DNA of 64,000 nt from Candidatus Bathyarchaeota archaeon (GCA_005888735.1 VBBN01000035.1:75671-139670), one strand, 5' to 3'. Counted from the first letter of the stretch, positions 18,838-29,605 are shown. The notes: generated from the letters alone by a model not told the origin. Numbers and translations are program-made.

Positions 18838-21063
18838 CTAGCCAAAAGGTGGCTGCAGGGTGGGATTGACCTGTTTAGCGGTCTCGGAGAACCGCTGGGA
18901 GAACCGTTCGTACATGCGAAGCTCCTGGCCAGAAATGGGCTTTATCTTCTGCAGAGCCTCGTCGAAGTGTCGTCTCGACACTCGCAGATCCTTGGCCTTC
19001 TTCTTGGCATCCTCAGGATCCTTAGCTTTCCCTATCAACTCTCGAAGTGCCAGCATCACAGCCGTATTACAGACCGAGCCAATATCAGCCCCAGTGTAGC
19101 CCTCAGTCCGCCGAGCCATTTCATCAATCTTGATATCCTCGGCCAAAGGCGTCTTCTTGGTCCGGATCTGGAAAATCTGCTTCCGAGCCTCCAGATCAGG
19201 CGGTGGAACATAGAGGAGACGGTCGAAGCGTCCCGGTCGGAGAAGGGCGGAGTCGATAATGTCAGGCCTGTTAGTAGCGGCTATTATGACCACGTTCCGG
19301 AGTTCTTCCAAACCGTCCAGCTCGGTCAGAAACTGGCTGATTACTCTCTCCGTAACCTGCGAGTCCCCGACGCTGCTGCCCCTTACCGGGGCAACGGAAT
19401 CTATCTCGTCGAAGAAAATGATGCACGGTGAAGCCTGCCGCGCCTTGCGGAAGACCTCCCTGACCGCTTTCTCTGACTCGCCCACGAACTTGTTCAGAAG
19501 TTCGGGTCCCCTGACGCTGATGAAGTTCGCCTGGCTCTCGTTAGCAACCGCCTTTGCTAGGAGCGTCTTTCCCGTTCCAGGCGGGCCATAAAGCAGCAGA
19601 CCCTTGGGGGGAGTGGCGTTCACTGTCGTGAAGACGTCAGGATATTTCAGAGGCCACTCAATCGCCTCTCGAAGCTCTTCCTTCACGCCCTCAAGCCCGC
19701 CGATGTCCTCCCACTTGACATCGGGCACCTCCACAAGCACCTCCCGCATGGCAGAGGGCTCAACCTCCTTCAATGCTTCCTGGAAGTCGGCCATTCGAAC
19801 GATGATCTTCTTGAGAACGTCCTTTGGAATGTTATCTGCTTCAAGGTTGATCTCTGGAAGTATTCTCCTTAGGGCACGAATTGCGGCCTCCTTCGCCAGT
19901 GCCTCTAGATCGGCACCGACGAATCCGTGAGTGACATCCGCCAGCTTCTTTAGGTCGACGTCCTCTGCGAGAGGCATTCCTCTGGTGTGGATCTGCAGGA
20001 CTTCCAACCTCCCGTCTCGATCAGGAACGCCAATCTCTATCTCGCGATCGAACCTTCCGGGCCGTCGGAGAGCTGGGTCTATTGCGTTTATCCTGTTGGT
20101 CGCGGCGATGACCACTACCTTCCCGCGTGATTGAAGCCCGTCCATCAAGGAGAGAAGTTGCGAGACGACCCGCTTCTCAACCTCTCCGGTAACCTCTTCT
20201 CGCTTGGGAGCGATCGAGTCAATCTCGTCGATGAAAATGATGGAGGGAGCGTTTTCCTGCGCCTCCTTGAAAACTTCCCTGAGCCGTTCCTCGCTCTCTC
20301 CATAGAACTTGCTCATGATCTCGGGACCTCCGAGGCTGGTGAAGTTCGCGTTCGTCTCACTAGCCACAGCTCTCGCCAGCAAAGTCTTCCCGGTCCCCGG
20401 AGGGCCGTGCAGCAGAACACCTTTAGGCGCCTCAACGCCCAATCTCTCGAAGAGCTCGGGGTGTCGCAGCGGTAGCTCAATCATTTCACGGACCTTCTGA
20501 ATAACAGGTCGTAGCCCTCCAATGTCTTCATAGCTAATCTTCGGAACATTACGGACTGGCTCCTTGACCTGTTCACCAAAGAGGATCTCTGTGTCCTCTG
20601 TGACAATGACTGCTTCAGTACTGGGGGTCGTGTTTGTCACGACCAAGTCTATCTTGCGTCCCATTATGTTTATCGGGACATAATCTCCTCGGGAGAGGAC
20701 GCGTCCCTCAAGAATCTGCGCAAGATACTCCTCACCCCCGACAATCCTCAGCGGCTCCGTCGGAGCCAAAGTGAGCCGCTCAGCAATCTTCGCGTCAATC
20801 TTCCGAATCGTAACCTTATCGTCAATGGAGACCCCTGCGTTGTTCCGGAGGTAGCCATCGATCCGTATGATTCCCTTCCCGTAATCCTCTTGGTGAGCGG
20901 GCCACGAGAGCGCGTTCGTCTTCCTCTTTCCAGTAATCTGAACAACATCACCTGAAGTCAGCCCCAACTCATCAACAACCTTCGGATCTATACGGGCTAT
21001 TCCGCGCCCGACGTCTCTCTGGAGAGCGTCCACGACTCTGAGCGTTGCGGTTTTTTCCGGCAT
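18838..21063 (-). CDS. cdc48: Cdc48/VAT AAA+ ATPase (paralog 1)
   Basis: N-domain [11 protein letters not shown]; two AAA modules (GPPGTGKT twice, IDEIDS/FDEIDS, RPGRFDR twice). Confidence 0.97.
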   Translation of the reverse strand: MPEKTATLRVVDALQRDVGRGIARIDPKVVDELGLTSGDVVQITGKRKTNALSWPAHQEDYGKGIIRIDGYLRNNAGVSIDDKVTIRKIDAKIAERLTLAPTEPLRIVGGEEYLAQILEGRVLSRGDYVPINIMGRKIDLVVTNTTPSTEAVIVTEDTEILFGEQVKEPVRNVPKISYEDIGGLRPVIQKVREMIELPLRHPELFERLGVEAPKGVLLHGPPGTGKTLLARAVASETNANFTSLGGPEIMSKFYGESEERLREVFKEAQENAPSIIFIDEIDSIAPKREEVTGEVEKRVVSQLLSLMDGLQSRGKVVVIAATNRINAIDPALRRPGRFDREIEIGVPDRDGRLEVLQIHTRGMPLAEDVDLKKLADVTHGFVGADLEALAKEAAIRALRRILPEINLEADNIPKDVLKKIIVRMADFQEALKEVEPSAMREVLVEVPDVKWEDIGGLEGVKEELREAIEWPLKYPDVFTTVNATPPKGLLLYGPPGTGKTLLAKAVANESQANFISVRGPELLNKFVGESEKAVREVFRKARQASPCIIFFDEIDSVAPVRGSSVGDSQVTERVISQFLTELDGLEELRNVVIIAATNRPDIIDSALLRPGRFDRLLYVPPPDLEARKQIFQIRTKKTPLAEDIKIDEMARRTEGYTGADIGSVCNTAVMLALRELIGKAKDPEDAKKKAKDLRVSRRHFDEALQKIKPISGQELRMYERFSQRFSETAKQVNPTLQPPFG

Positions 21064-21124
21064 AGGGACTCCTCAGTTGCTCATCCGAAACTCAGGTGTG
21101 GCGCTAATAAATCCTGGGTCGAAG

Positions 21125-24100
21125 CTACTCTGTGTAGCGAAGTGCTTCCGCAGGGGGAATCCTCGATGCCTTGCGTGCAGAGCTAAGCACGGAAAGCAAC
21201 GCGAGGGCATATGCTGCCACCGAAATTTCAATAATCTGCATCCATGGAACGACGAACGTTAGACCGGAGTTGGGCTGAGCCGTAAACGCGTAGGCCAAGT
21301 CAACTCCCAGCAACACTCCTATGAGAATCCCCAGCAAAGCAATGTAACTATTCTCGACGAGGAACGCCGCTAGAACCATCTTCCTTCGGAAGCCCAGAGC
21401 CCGAAGGACGCCGATCTCATTTCTCCGCTCTACAACAGACCTTATGGAGATAATCCCGACCCCCGCAACGCCTACTACCAGTCCTAGTGCCAAGTAGCCT
21501 TCAAACAGTCCAAAGAAGGAGAGGAAAATCCTCTCTCCCTGTTCGATAGCCACCTGGATTACTATTGTTTGCATGCCCAGCTGGATAAAATTCTTCTTCA
21601 ACAAATTCGCAACATTAACAGGGTCTTGGCCCTTTGCCACGGTTACAAAACCCAGGGTGCCTGATTCGATGCCGAACGATTTTTTCAGAAGTCCTCTAGC
21701 ACCAATCAGTCCACCTCCTCCGAACAACGACCCGCTTATCACTCCCAGAACCTTGACAGTTCTCGACACGAACCCGTTATTTCCTCTGGCCACGAGCAAC
21801 ATATTGTCTCCCGGATTCGGGCGATCACTCCCACCGCCGAATGCGTTTCCAGCAGACGTCGACCAGACCACGTAGGATTCATTATTTCTCACGGCATCCC
21901 AGACTGCTGCGGCAGAACTGAATCCACTAGTCATGTTTACCATCTTGAACGAGTTGGAGGTGAAGAAATTATCAGCTCCCGGCGCATTCGGGTCTGCTCC
22001 CACCAGTAATGTGTATGTGAAATTCTCCATCGTAGTCAGGTCCCGCGCTAGGTCAAGTTGCATGGTGGTAAACGGGATTACCGCCGAGATCTTATCCTTC
22101 AACGTCGCATCTGCCATTATTGACAAGGTCAGGTTAGCGACAGGGGCTGTGTTGGTAACAATGTCATAGCCTCCAGATGAATCCTTGGCGTTTTGGCTGA
22201 TTGAGTTGCTCAACTCTGCCTGGATGCCGGCCACTGCGGACACGGTGAATAATACGAGCGCGAACATGGCAACTGTGGCGGCTGTTCGAAAGCGTTTGTT
22301 CTCAGGATATGACAGTGCGATTTTGAAGATGGCGGTCAGAGTTCGCCTTCCGCGAAGAACGTAGCGTAGAGCCTTCAGAGGAACATCAGTGTTGTACATT
22401 ACAACAATGACGGAGGCGACGACCATGATTACTCCGCCTACGATGAACAATTCTGCGCCGGAGCTATACTTCGAGACGAGCGGACTGTCAAGCGATAGAC
22501 TGGGGACTGCCCAGTAGACGAGGAGGGCGAACCCTGACAGGCTGAAAGCGTAGCGGTTGCGGAGAAACCTTGACAGGATGAGACCTGCCCCGAAGATGAT
22601 GAGGCTTGGTCCTACAAGGGCTTCGATGGCTGACTTGGCCGCGAATGATGCTTCGAAGAGGACGACTCCGGCAATAGCCATCGCGAAGCCGGCCACCAAT
22701 AGAAGATTGTAGGTTCTCTTTCCGCTCGGCGGTTCGGGAATGTTCCGTATCGCTCTGATGATGTTCAACTTGCTAATCCGCCAAGAGGTGAGAAGAATCG
22801 TAAGATATGTTATCAAAACCCCCGCTGTGAAAGCTGTAAACAGTGACTCGGGAGAAATCGTGAAACTGCTGAGAACCAGAGACTCGTTGACACCGGAAAA
22901 GAATGATGTGAATATGTTCCCAATCGCATAGAGAATTGCGTACGCAACTCCAATTCCTACTAACACCCCGACAATGGAGGCGCCAGCGGAATAGAGGCTG
23001 CCTTCAAACAGGAACAGCTTTGTAAGTTGACTCCTCCTCATACCAACGGCCCGAGCCATTCCCATCTCCGACTTTCGCTCTTCAGCCAGCATGATGAAGA
23101 TGTTGAGAATCAGGACGACTCCCGCTAGAATGGTGAAAGAGCTGAGTATGAGAAAGAAGCTGGAGAGGCTCTTGGCTCCTGCACTAGAGTTGTCAACTGC
23201 AAGCTGCTTCTCTGCGTAAGCGCAAGGAATCGAAGGCGGCGTTGCAACTTGTGAAGGGTCCGATTTGCACCCCGCTCCAGCAGTCGACGTGACCGGGTAA
23301 AGGCTGTTCAGGGTCTGGTTTGCCGCAAGGCCTACCGTCTGGCTGTGGGGAAGCGATCCTCTGAGCCCTCCAATATTCGTAATCGCGATGTAGTTGACCG
23401 AGTTCGAGTGCCCGGTAAACTGCTGGGCGGCTTGCAATGTGACAAACACATCGTCAGCTCCTGTGAACGACGCCCTCGCGTCGGACACCGCTATTCCCAC
23501 AATCGTCAAGTTCATGTATTGTGAGGAGGAACGCTGTCCCGGGTATACCTTCACGACGTCCCCAACCGTCGCGTTCAGGTCTCGGGCCGCTTTGTCATTC
23601 AGCACTGCTTCTGTGTCTCTGAAAGCGGATGGAATTATCGACCCTGATGCGGAGTAGAAGTCCCCTAAGACGCGTGATGCATTGGCATAGGTACCTATGA
23701 GAGCGGCTCCGGCCTGAACTATTCCCTTATTGACGTCATAAATGCTGACAGTTTCTATTATTTCCGGAGTGACCCCCGCAACGTCCTGTCCTGCGACAGG
23801 ATTGCCGAAGAGGCTGGTGGAGAGGCTCTGGTAGACGTTGTATCCCAGATACTGGTAGGCAGAACCCTGAAAACCGAAAGTCGTACTGTTTCTCGCATAG
23901 ACAACCTCGTCTGCGTGGCCGTATCCAAAATAGGCGCCCCGGGTGAATAGTTCAGTCAAAGTGTCCCCTGTTACAAGGGAGCCTGAAATCATCGCGGTCC
24001 CGATCATCAATCCCGCTATGACCAGGGCCATGTTGGTCTTGCGTCGTCCAAAGTTCCGGAGGGCCATTCGGAGCGTTATTCTGTTGCGGAGCACCATAAC

Positions 24101-24493
24101 GAGCGAGGTGGAGAGTAGGAGCCAGTCAAAGTACAGTTCCAAGTACAGCAACGACCCGCCCAGGACGGGGCTGAGAACCGAGAACCATAATGCGAGTCCG
24201 AATAATACAGCGAGGATCGGGGCAAAGCTCAGAATCCTCCGCGACATCAGCCCTGCCCGGCTAGTGGGCTTGGCTCGGGCTGAGAGGTAAGTGAGGGATC
24301 CAGCGCCGAGACCCAGAACGAGAAGTCCGAGTATACGAATGGAAATCGAAGCAGAGTTCTCTGACACGTACTCCCGGAGGAAAAAGTTGTTTTGGTACTC
24401 TGTGAAAAGCGCGTAGAGTTCTCCGAGGGAGATTACGAGAAGCAGAACCGCTACGGCTAGGAGCAACGGCCTTGACTTGGGAATGCTGCTCAT
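21125..24493 (-). CDS. FtsX/MacB-like ABC transporter permease (duplicated) with extra N-terminal TM helices
   Basis: MALRNFGRRK, ERKSEMGMARAVG, ERRNEIGVLRALG, C-terminal PAEALRY. No ATPase gene adjacent. Confidence 0.9.
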   Translation of the reverse strand: MSSIPKSRPLLLAVAVLLLVISLGELYALFTEYQNNFFLREYVSENSASISIRILGLLVLGLGAGSLTYLSARAKPTSRAGLMSRRILSFAPILAVLFGLALWFSVLSPVLGGSLLYLELYFDWLLLSTSLVMVLRNRITLRMALRNFGRRKTNMALVIAGLMIGTAMISGSLVTGDTLTELFTRGAYFGYGHADEVVYARNSTTFGFQGSAYQYLGYNVYQSLSTSLFGNPVAGQDVAGVTPEIIETVSIYDVNKGIVQAGAALIGTYANASRVLGDFYSASGSIIPSAFRDTEAVLNDKAARDLNATVGDVVKVYPGQRSSSQYMNLTIVGIAVSDARASFTGADDVFVTLQAAQQFTGHSNSVNYIAITNIGGLRGSLPHSQTVGLAANQTLNSLYPVTSTAGAGCKSDPSQVATPPSIPCAYAEKQLAVDNSSAGAKSLSSFFLILSSFTILAGVVLILNIFIMLAEERKSEMGMARAVGMRRSQLTKLFLFEGSLYSAGASIVGVLVGIGVAYAILYAIGNIFTSFFSGVNESLVLSSFTISPESLFTAFTAGVLITYLTILLTSWRISKLNIIRAIRNIPEPPSGKRTYNLLLVAGFAMAIAGVVLFEASFAAKSAIEALVGPSLIIFGAGLILSRFLRNRYAFSLSGFALLVYWAVPSLSLDSPLVSKYSSGAELFIVGGVIMVVASVIVVMYNTDVPLKALRYVLRGRRTLTAIFKIALSYPENKRFRTAATVAMFALVLFTVSAVAGIQAELSNSISQNAKDSSGGYDIVTNTAPVANLTLSIMADATLKDKISAVIPFTTMQLDLARDLTTMENFTYTLLVGADPNAPGADNFFTSNSFKMVNMTSGFSSAAAVWDAVRNNESYVVWSTSAGNAFGGGSDRPNPGDNMLLVARGNNGFVSRTVKVLGVISGSLFGGGGLIGARGLLKKSFGIESGTLGFVTVAKGQDPVNVANLLKKNFIQLGMQTIVIQVAIEQGERIFLSFFGLFEGYLALGLVVGVAGVGIISIRSVVERRNEIGVLRALGFRRKMVLAAFLVENSYIALLGILIGVLLGVDLAYAFTAQPNSGLTFVVPWMQIIEISVAAYALALLSVLSSARKASRIPPAEALRYTE

Positions 24494-24541
24494 GTATTTC
24501 GCCTTAGACGCGTCCGAGAATCGACCGGGCACGATGGCTAC

Positions 24542-24769
24542 GGGCTATAAGACCCCTACGCCTTCGATGGCTGGCCCTTTTCAAGCCCGACTATTCCACC
24601 GTGCAACATTCGGCGCGGGCCCCAGAGTGGCCGAAGCCAGACGAAGAATAGCAGGGCCTGTAGACAGTGGCCCCACTTCCGCCTTAGGTCTAAACTCCGA
24701 ACCAAGGGGCCCTACAAAACGCTAGTAATCCGAAATCCTCTCCTGCGTGACGGGCCCGTAACCCAGCCC
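24542..24769. ncRNA. Candidate structured RNA or long structured leader (unassigned)
   Basis: Nested complementarities: 24585-24596/24646-24657 (10 of 12), TTCGGC/GCCGAA, TGTAG/CTACA, GGCCCC/GGGGCC, outer GGCCC/GGGCC and GGGCT/AGCCC. No convincing ORF. Confidence 0.3.
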
Positions 24770-24793
24770 TGAAAAGCAATCTGTCTGCGAATA

Positions 24794-24975
24794 CTTACGC
24801 CCACCCTGACAGCCTGAAGGAAAGTACTAACGATCCTACTATCTCAAAATTCTAGACTCGCTCATTCTATGCCCTGTCAGCTAGAAATCTCCTGTTCTCG
24901 TTGCCAGACAGAAAATGGTCCCTGAAAAAATGACCGGGTACGAACGGGGCCGTTCGAGACGTGAGAGAGACTATC
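24794..24975 (+). repeat. Dispersed intergenic repeat A, copy 2
   Basis: CTTACGCCCACC..CAGCCTGAAGGAAAGT..CTAACG..CTATCTCAAAA..CTAGACTCGC..GCCCTGT..GCCAGACAGAAAATGG..CCTGAAAAAATG..CCGGGT..GGCCGTT.GAGACG.GAGAG. Confidence 0.9.
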
Positions 24976-25013
24976 CCTATCAACGGCCTGAGCCCCTATG
25001 GGGCTCGGAGTTG

Positions 25014-25477
25014 ATGTGGCAGAAGATATTGGAGGAAGAAGCTTCAAAGAACAAGGTTCGAGTCTCTTATCACAACCGAGGAGCACAATAGGGGAAGGGC
25101 CGCACTAGGAAACGGGAGAATCTATGTCCCAACAGCTCGCAGCTTCACCTCCTTCTTCACCGGCCTACGCGAGCTGGGCCACATCGCTAGTGGACACAAA
25201 GCCTGGGAAGGAAAGACAGAGTATGTCTGGGAGTACAAGGCCTTTCAGTGGGCGCTACATTTCTGCAAAAACCGGGCCATACCTGTGCCGCAACACACTT
25301 TTGACAATGAGCGTGACATCATAGCGGAAAAAGGTCAAAGAAGAAGCTGGCCTTGGAACTCGAAAGCTCAAGGGTAACATTGTCAATTTCATTAAGGAAG
25401 GTAGCGACCAAGACCCTGACGTCGCGTTCGTCAAGAAATGTGTCTCCGTCGATGGAAGACTACTAAAAACCGACTAG
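25014..25477 (+). pseudogene. Degraded HExxH zinc-metallopeptidase-like gene
   Basis: Fragments in successive frames: MWQKILEEEASKNKVRVSY / GRAALGNGRIYVPTARSFTSFFTGLRELGHIASGH...YVWEYKAFQWAL / KVKEEAGLGTRKL...; HELGH eroded to RELGH; at least two frameshifts. Confidence 0.6.
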
Positions 25478-25548
25478 AAAACTCGCCCCAGTGGCGTGTG
25501 CTTTATACTATCCGGGCGAGTCTAGAACATGGAAGGAGTGCGCAGAAT

Positions 25549-25905
25549 ATGGCGGACGACGTGAAACGGATGGCTGATCTGCTCAAGTCAGGAGCTACCA
25601 TGCTCTCCGACATTTGCCCTGAATGTGGGTCCCCGCTGTTTCGTATCAAAGGGGAAGTGTTCTGTGCAAAATGCAACAAGCCAGTCGTTTACGCACGCGC
25701 GACGGGTCCTACAGCGACAATTTCCCCAGGCAACTCCTTTGAGTCACTGGAACAGACCCTCGTCGGAAAAATCTCTGAGACCAACGAGTTTCTCAAGACC
25801 GAGAAGGATCTGGAAAAGTTACAAGCATATAGTAATCTTGTGTTCGGCTGGTTGTCGACACTTGAGAAGCTTCGTAAGGTCAAAGACTCGTTTAGAGAGG
25901 CATAG
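25549..25905 (+). CDS. UPF0148/autoantigen-p27-like zinc-finger protein
   Basis: VKRMADLLKSGATMLSDICPECGSPLF...FCAKC. Confidence 0.88.
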   Translation: MADDVKRMADLLKSGATMLSDICPECGSPLFRIKGEVFCAKCNKPVVYARATGPTATISPGNSFESLEQTLVGKISETNEFLKTEKDLEKLQAYSNLVFGWLSTLEKLRKVKDSFREA

Positions 25906-26215
25906 TCGACAGTAGGTTCTTCGGATCCAGCGATTGGCCATCAGCCAAGTTTGTTAGTTCGACGGTTCGTCTCCTTCGCCTTGCAAGTATGACGGGCGCG
26001 CCTGCTTGCTCAGCGAATCCTAGCAACTCCCTTTTTCTATCCTTGCCGAGCCAAGAACGCCCTGCCTTGCACTCGATAAGAAACGCCCTTCCTCTTCGGA
26101 TGCAAACTAGGTCAATGGGCTTCGACTGAGCTGCTCGAATTACGAGAAAACCCTGTCTCCGGAAGAGATCCCGCACTCTATACTCCAACCTTCTACCCGC
26201 CTCATAGTTAGACAA
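25892..26215 (-). CDS. Hjc-like PD-(D/E)xK nuclease (archaeal Holliday junction resolvase family)
   Basis: YEAGRRLEYRV...GFLVIRAAQSKPIDLV...LIECK. Confidence 0.8.
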   Translation of the reverse strand: MSNYEAGRRLEYRVRDLFRRQGFLVIRAAQSKPIDLVCIRRGRAFLIECKAGRSWLGKDRKRELLGFAEQAGAPVILARRRRRTVELTNLADGQSLDPKNLLSTMPL

Positions 26216-26272
26216 GTCGTCCGCGACGAAGCCAGCGGGAGCAGTCTTATGAAATGTCTGTGCTCGATGAAA

Positions 26273-26839
26273 CTAAGCGCGTTCCCCTGGTTCTCTTCTG
26301 AAAACCAGCAGGAAGAAGAGAACCACGACTGCGAGGAAGAGTATCGTGGCAGTGACGACGAGCTGGCTGTTGCTTATGCTTGTGAACCCGGCGAGTGGAA
26401 GCAGTGCGATTGACAAGGCTGTGGTGGCCAGCGAAACTTTTCCCTGGCGGGAAAGCAAGCCCCTCAACCAGTTCACAAGCCATCCCTTTTGTTTTTGGGA
26501 GATTTCATCATCCTTCTTCCGGAGGCTCTCGAAGGCCCTGTTGAAGGTAAGAACAGTTGAAGATGCTTCCATGAAGAAAAGGACCATACTAAATTCGATT
26601 AGGAGGACAGCCGTGTCTAGTGCACCTGTTTTGAGAATGCTCTCACTTGCCTTACCCCAGATGAGAAGCATCAGAAGGCTAAGAGAACTAGTAGTAGCGA
26701 GGTAAGAACGGCCCGAAACATTTCCGGCCAATCCGACAAGCGCAACGGCGAGAACAAAAAACAGTGGTTGTTGGAACAGCGCGGCTGGGGGAATCACCAG
26801 AAGCACTAGAGGCGCGAGGAATACATGCTGCAGTCTCAC
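26273..26839 (-). CDS. Hypothetical multi-pass membrane protein
   Basis: About 6 hydrophobic segments; in the MoxR operon. Confidence 0.75.
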   Translation of the reverse strand: MRLQHVFLAPLVLLVIPPAALFQQPLFFVLAVALVGLAGNVSGRSYLATTSSLSLLMLLIWGKASESILKTGALDTAVLLIEFSMVLFFMEASSTVLTFNRAFESLRKKDDEISQKQKGWLVNWLRGLLSRQGKVSLATTALSIALLPLAGFTSISNSQLVVTATILFLAVVVLFFLLVFRREPGERA

Positions 26840-26868
26840 CAGTACCGTGGCAGACTTCAGAACGAATC

Positions 26869-28134
26869 CTATACGCGCAGTCGTAGCCGCCTCGCCCCTC
26901 TCAACGTTCTAGATAGGGAAGCACCTACTGGCCACTGGACTACCGCACATGTTTTCTCAACAGCAAGTAGGACGTTCGCCCTTTCAAGACTAGAAATGTC
27001 AAAGGCGAGCCTCTCCGCCTCCGACTGGAACTTCTCAGGGACGCGCGGCTGTGGAGACAGCACAAAAACACTGTACCCAGCTGTGACAAGCTGCCTGATG
27101 CCATCTGTCACAGTAGGGTCCAAGAGTGGCGATATGATCACCATCTGAGCCCGCGCAGGGAGCATGAACCGGGCTAGCATGTTGATTACGTAACCTGTGC
27201 TGATTACCGCCCTGCCGGGCTTGGCAGCTGCAAGCATGTAGAGAATCCGCCGCTCCTGCCTCTTCCCAAAACCAGGGGGCACAACACCCCTCTCTTCCCC
27301 CTGCAGGATCAGCCCGACACGGTTGCCCTGTCTCAAGAGGAGGCTGCCCATCGAGGCTGCACCGCTGATGCTCTGTTCGAACAGATCCTTCTCAGAAGAC
27401 TCGTAGAAAGTCACGTCCGTATCCAACGCGACCATCACGTCAGTTGTCCGTTCCGCCTCCAGTTCGTTTATGATCAGCCGGTTGGCACGGGCAGAGGCTT
27501 TCCAGTTGATCCTCTTCAAGTCGTCGCCAGGAGTGTAGCCGCGCAGGCTGTAGAACTCGGTCCCCATTCCACTGGTTCGTGACGGTATAATTCCAGACCA
27601 CGGTCCTAAATGGCGCGGTCGGAGTTCAGTTCCACGAACCCGCTCAGCTTTGGGCATGACAGCCAACAAGTCAGGGCCTAGACGTTTCTCGGTCAGGTAC
27701 AGCCCAAAAACGTCGCTAACTCGTACAGTCAATGGACCGATAGGGTAGTGTCCGCGGCCTGGGTTGTGAAACTCGAATGATAGGTTGATCGTCTCGTCAG
27801 GTCGTAAAGTCGCGTGGAGGGCGTTGGTCCCTTTCTCCGGCTTGATTTGTCTCGGAAGAACCTCTTCCACCTCGACATTTCCCAGCGTCTCGGTGCCGTT
27901 GTTCTTTACACGCAGGCTGACGAGAATGTCTTCTTCTCCGAAACTCTCTGAGGGCACGATTCTCCTGTCAAGCTCGACCTCCACTCTTTCAGTGAAACTC
28001 CAGACGTTGGTAAGGAAGAACAATGAGGCTACTGGAAATACCAAAACCGCAAGCTGGAAATCCTGGAAGAGTAGTGCGAGCATCAGGAGAAACGTCGCTA
28101 GCGTGAAGTAGCCGATCGCCTTACGGGTGAACAA
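26869..28134 (-). CDS. DUF58 (vWA-like) protein
   Basis: GTEFYSLRGYTPGDDLKRINWKASAR, DVMVALD, GNRVGL. Confidence 0.92.
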   Translation of the reverse strand: MFTRKAIGYFTLATFLLMLALLFQDFQLAVLVFPVASLFFLTNVWSFTERVEVELDRRIVPSESFGEEDILVSLRVKNNGTETLGNVEVEEVLPRQIKPEKGTNALHATLRPDETINLSFEFHNPGRGHYPIGPLTVRVSDVFGLYLTEKRLGPDLLAVMPKAERVRGTELRPRHLGPWSGIIPSRTSGMGTEFYSLRGYTPGDDLKRINWKASARANRLIINELEAERTTDVMVALDTDVTFYESSEKDLFEQSISGAASMGSLLLRQGNRVGLILQGEERGVVPPGFGKRQERRILYMLAAAKPGRAVISTGYVINMLARFMLPARAQMVIISPLLDPTVTDGIRQLVTAGYSVFVLSPQPRVPEKFQSEAERLAFDISSLERANVLLAVEKTCAVVQWPVGASLSRTLRGARRLRLRV

Positions 28135-28139
28135 GGACG

Positions 28140-29099
28140 CTACTTGACCCGTGGAACCGGGACGCTTTTCAGAACCTCGTCAACCACACTTCTCGGTTCT
28201 GTTCCTTTCACCCAGGACTCCGACTTCATAATCATGCGGTGTACCAACGCTGGTCCTGCTACGTCTTTCACGTCATCGGGTATGACGTAGTCTCGGCTGT
28301 AATACACCGCCCTCGCACGGGCGAGCTTGAAGATTGCAAGGGAGCCGCGAGGGCTCGCGCCGATCTCTACTTGCCGCTGCGTCCTTGTCGCTTGGACAAT
28401 ATCCGCCACGTATCCCAACACATCATCATCGACGTGAATGCCCTCCACGGTGCGTTGCAGGTCGAGGACTTTTTCGGCGTTGACGGCCGGTTCGAGCGTG
28501 ATGTCCTCTTTCTGGCGTTGCATCCTCCGACGCATGATCTCCACCTCTTCCTCCCTGTTAGGGTAGCCTAGGCTCAGCTTGACAAGGAACCTGTCCAATT
28601 GTGCCTCGGGCAGGGGGTATACGCCTTCGTACTCTATCGGGTTCTGGGTCGCCATGACTATGAAAGGATCGGTGAGAACATGTGTCTTCCCATCCAGTGT
28701 CGTCTGGCGTTCCTGCATCGCCTCCAGCAGAGCCGCCTGTGTCTTTGGAGGAGCGCGGTTAATCTCGTCGGCTAGCAAGACATTCGTGAACACTGGACCC
28801 TTGCGCAGGTCAAACTCTCCAGACTTTACGTTGTAAATGTAAGTCCCTGTAATGTCGGCAGGCAGAAGGTCAGGTGTGAACTGTATTCTCGAAAAGTCAC
28901 AGCCCATACTCATCGCGAAACTTCGCGCCAAGAGCGTCTTGGCGAGCCCAGGATAGTCCTCGAAGAGGATATGGGAGTCTGCCAAGACAGCAAGCATGAC
29001 CTTCTCCAGAACCTTCTCCTTGCCTACAATCACTTTGCGGACCTGGCCGATAACCTGCTGGCATAGCTGTCCTGCCTCGCTGGGTTTCAAGCCCTCCAC
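28140..29099 (-). CDS. moxR: MoxR-family AAA+ ATPase
   Basis: PGLAKT, RIQFTPDLLPADITG, LADEINRAPPKTQAALLEAM, ATQNPIE, PLPEAQLDRF. Confidence 0.96.
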   Translation of the reverse strand: MEGLKPSEAGQLCQQVIGQVRKVIVGKEKVLEKVMLAVLADSHILFEDYPGLAKTLLARSFAMSMGCDFSRIQFTPDLLPADITGTYIYNVKSGEFDLRKGPVFTNVLLADEINRAPPKTQAALLEAMQERQTTLDGKTHVLTDPFIVMATQNPIEYEGVYPLPEAQLDRFLVKLSLGYPNREEEVEIMRRRMQRQKEDITLEPAVNAEKVLDLQRTVEGIHVDDDVLGYVADIVQATRTQRQVEIGASPRGSLAIFKLARARAVYYSRDYVIPDDVKDVAGPALVHRMIMKSESWVKGTEPRSVVDEVLKSVPVPRVK

Positions 29100-29605
29100 G
29101 CCTCGACCCGTGTCACGGTCTCCCTTAGCATTTTGACCCGTTCTTGGCCACGAGCGAAAGTGCGGCTATATAGCAAGTCGTACAACTGCCGGTCACGAAG
29201 AAGACCTGGTCCCAGCACAGGGTTTCCGAGGACACTCTGAACGCGTTCTCTATCCATCCCAGTCTCCAGAGAGACTCTCTCTGAGAGAATATTCCGCAAC
29301 CGCACTCTGAGGACCTTGTCAAAGTATTCAGGACTCGCATGCGTAGCTGTCTCAATTTGATCAGTCAGAAATCGGACCTCTCGGCTCAGCACACGGCGCT
29401 GGACCCTTCTCACTGGGTTTTCTGACGGAACAGTGGCCCTCGACGCGAGATCTGCGATGAGGACCAACACGAAGGCGGCAAGGGGCGCAACTAGGAAATA
29501 TGCTGGTGGCGAATAGTCTGACGGTAAGTATCCACGAACGAAGAATACCACCCCATAGTAGAGCCCAGCGCCAACGAGAATTAACGATAATGTGCTACGT
29601 TTCAA
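29087..29605 (-). CDS. Hypothetical membrane-anchored protein of the MoxR operon
   Basis: Two N-terminal TM helices; overlaps both neighbours. Confidence 0.75.
   Translation of the reverse strand: MKRSTLSLILVGAGLYYGVVFFVRGYLPSDYSPPAYFLVAPLAAFVLVLIADLASRATVPSENPVRRVQRRVLSREVRFLTDQIETATHASPEYFDKVLRVRLRNILSERVSLETGMDRERVQSVLGNPVLGPGLLRDRQLYDLLYSRTFARGQERVKMLRETVTRVEAWRA

Noticed and set aside
18802-20500. Long antisense ORFs over cdc48 (also over atpA/atpB, moxR, 45967..46776 and 62267..63934)
   Set aside because: Shadow frames of well-supported genes on the opposite strand; no independent motifs.
18838-21063. Two cdc48 genes as a recent duplication or assembly repeat
   Set aside because: The N-domains and Walker A contexts differ (GTGKT versus GCGKT); multiple Cdc48 paralogs are normal in archaea.
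24542-24769. SRP RNA, RNase P RNA or lysine riboswitch
   Set aside because: No SRP helix-8 CAGG/GGAA/AGCAG motif, no RNase P P4 signature and no ordered lysine-riboswitch consensus on either strand.
24877-25086. Repeat A as a small protein family (similar peptides SHVSNG.VRTRSFF...FSVW in several copies)
   Set aside because: No shared start codon, 1-nt indels and stops differ among copies; peptide similarity follows from DNA similarity.
25892-26215. Hjc-like nuclease as restriction partner of the MTase at 17377
   Set aside because: It is 7.6 kb away, embedded in the MoxR operon, and has resolvase-like size and motifs.
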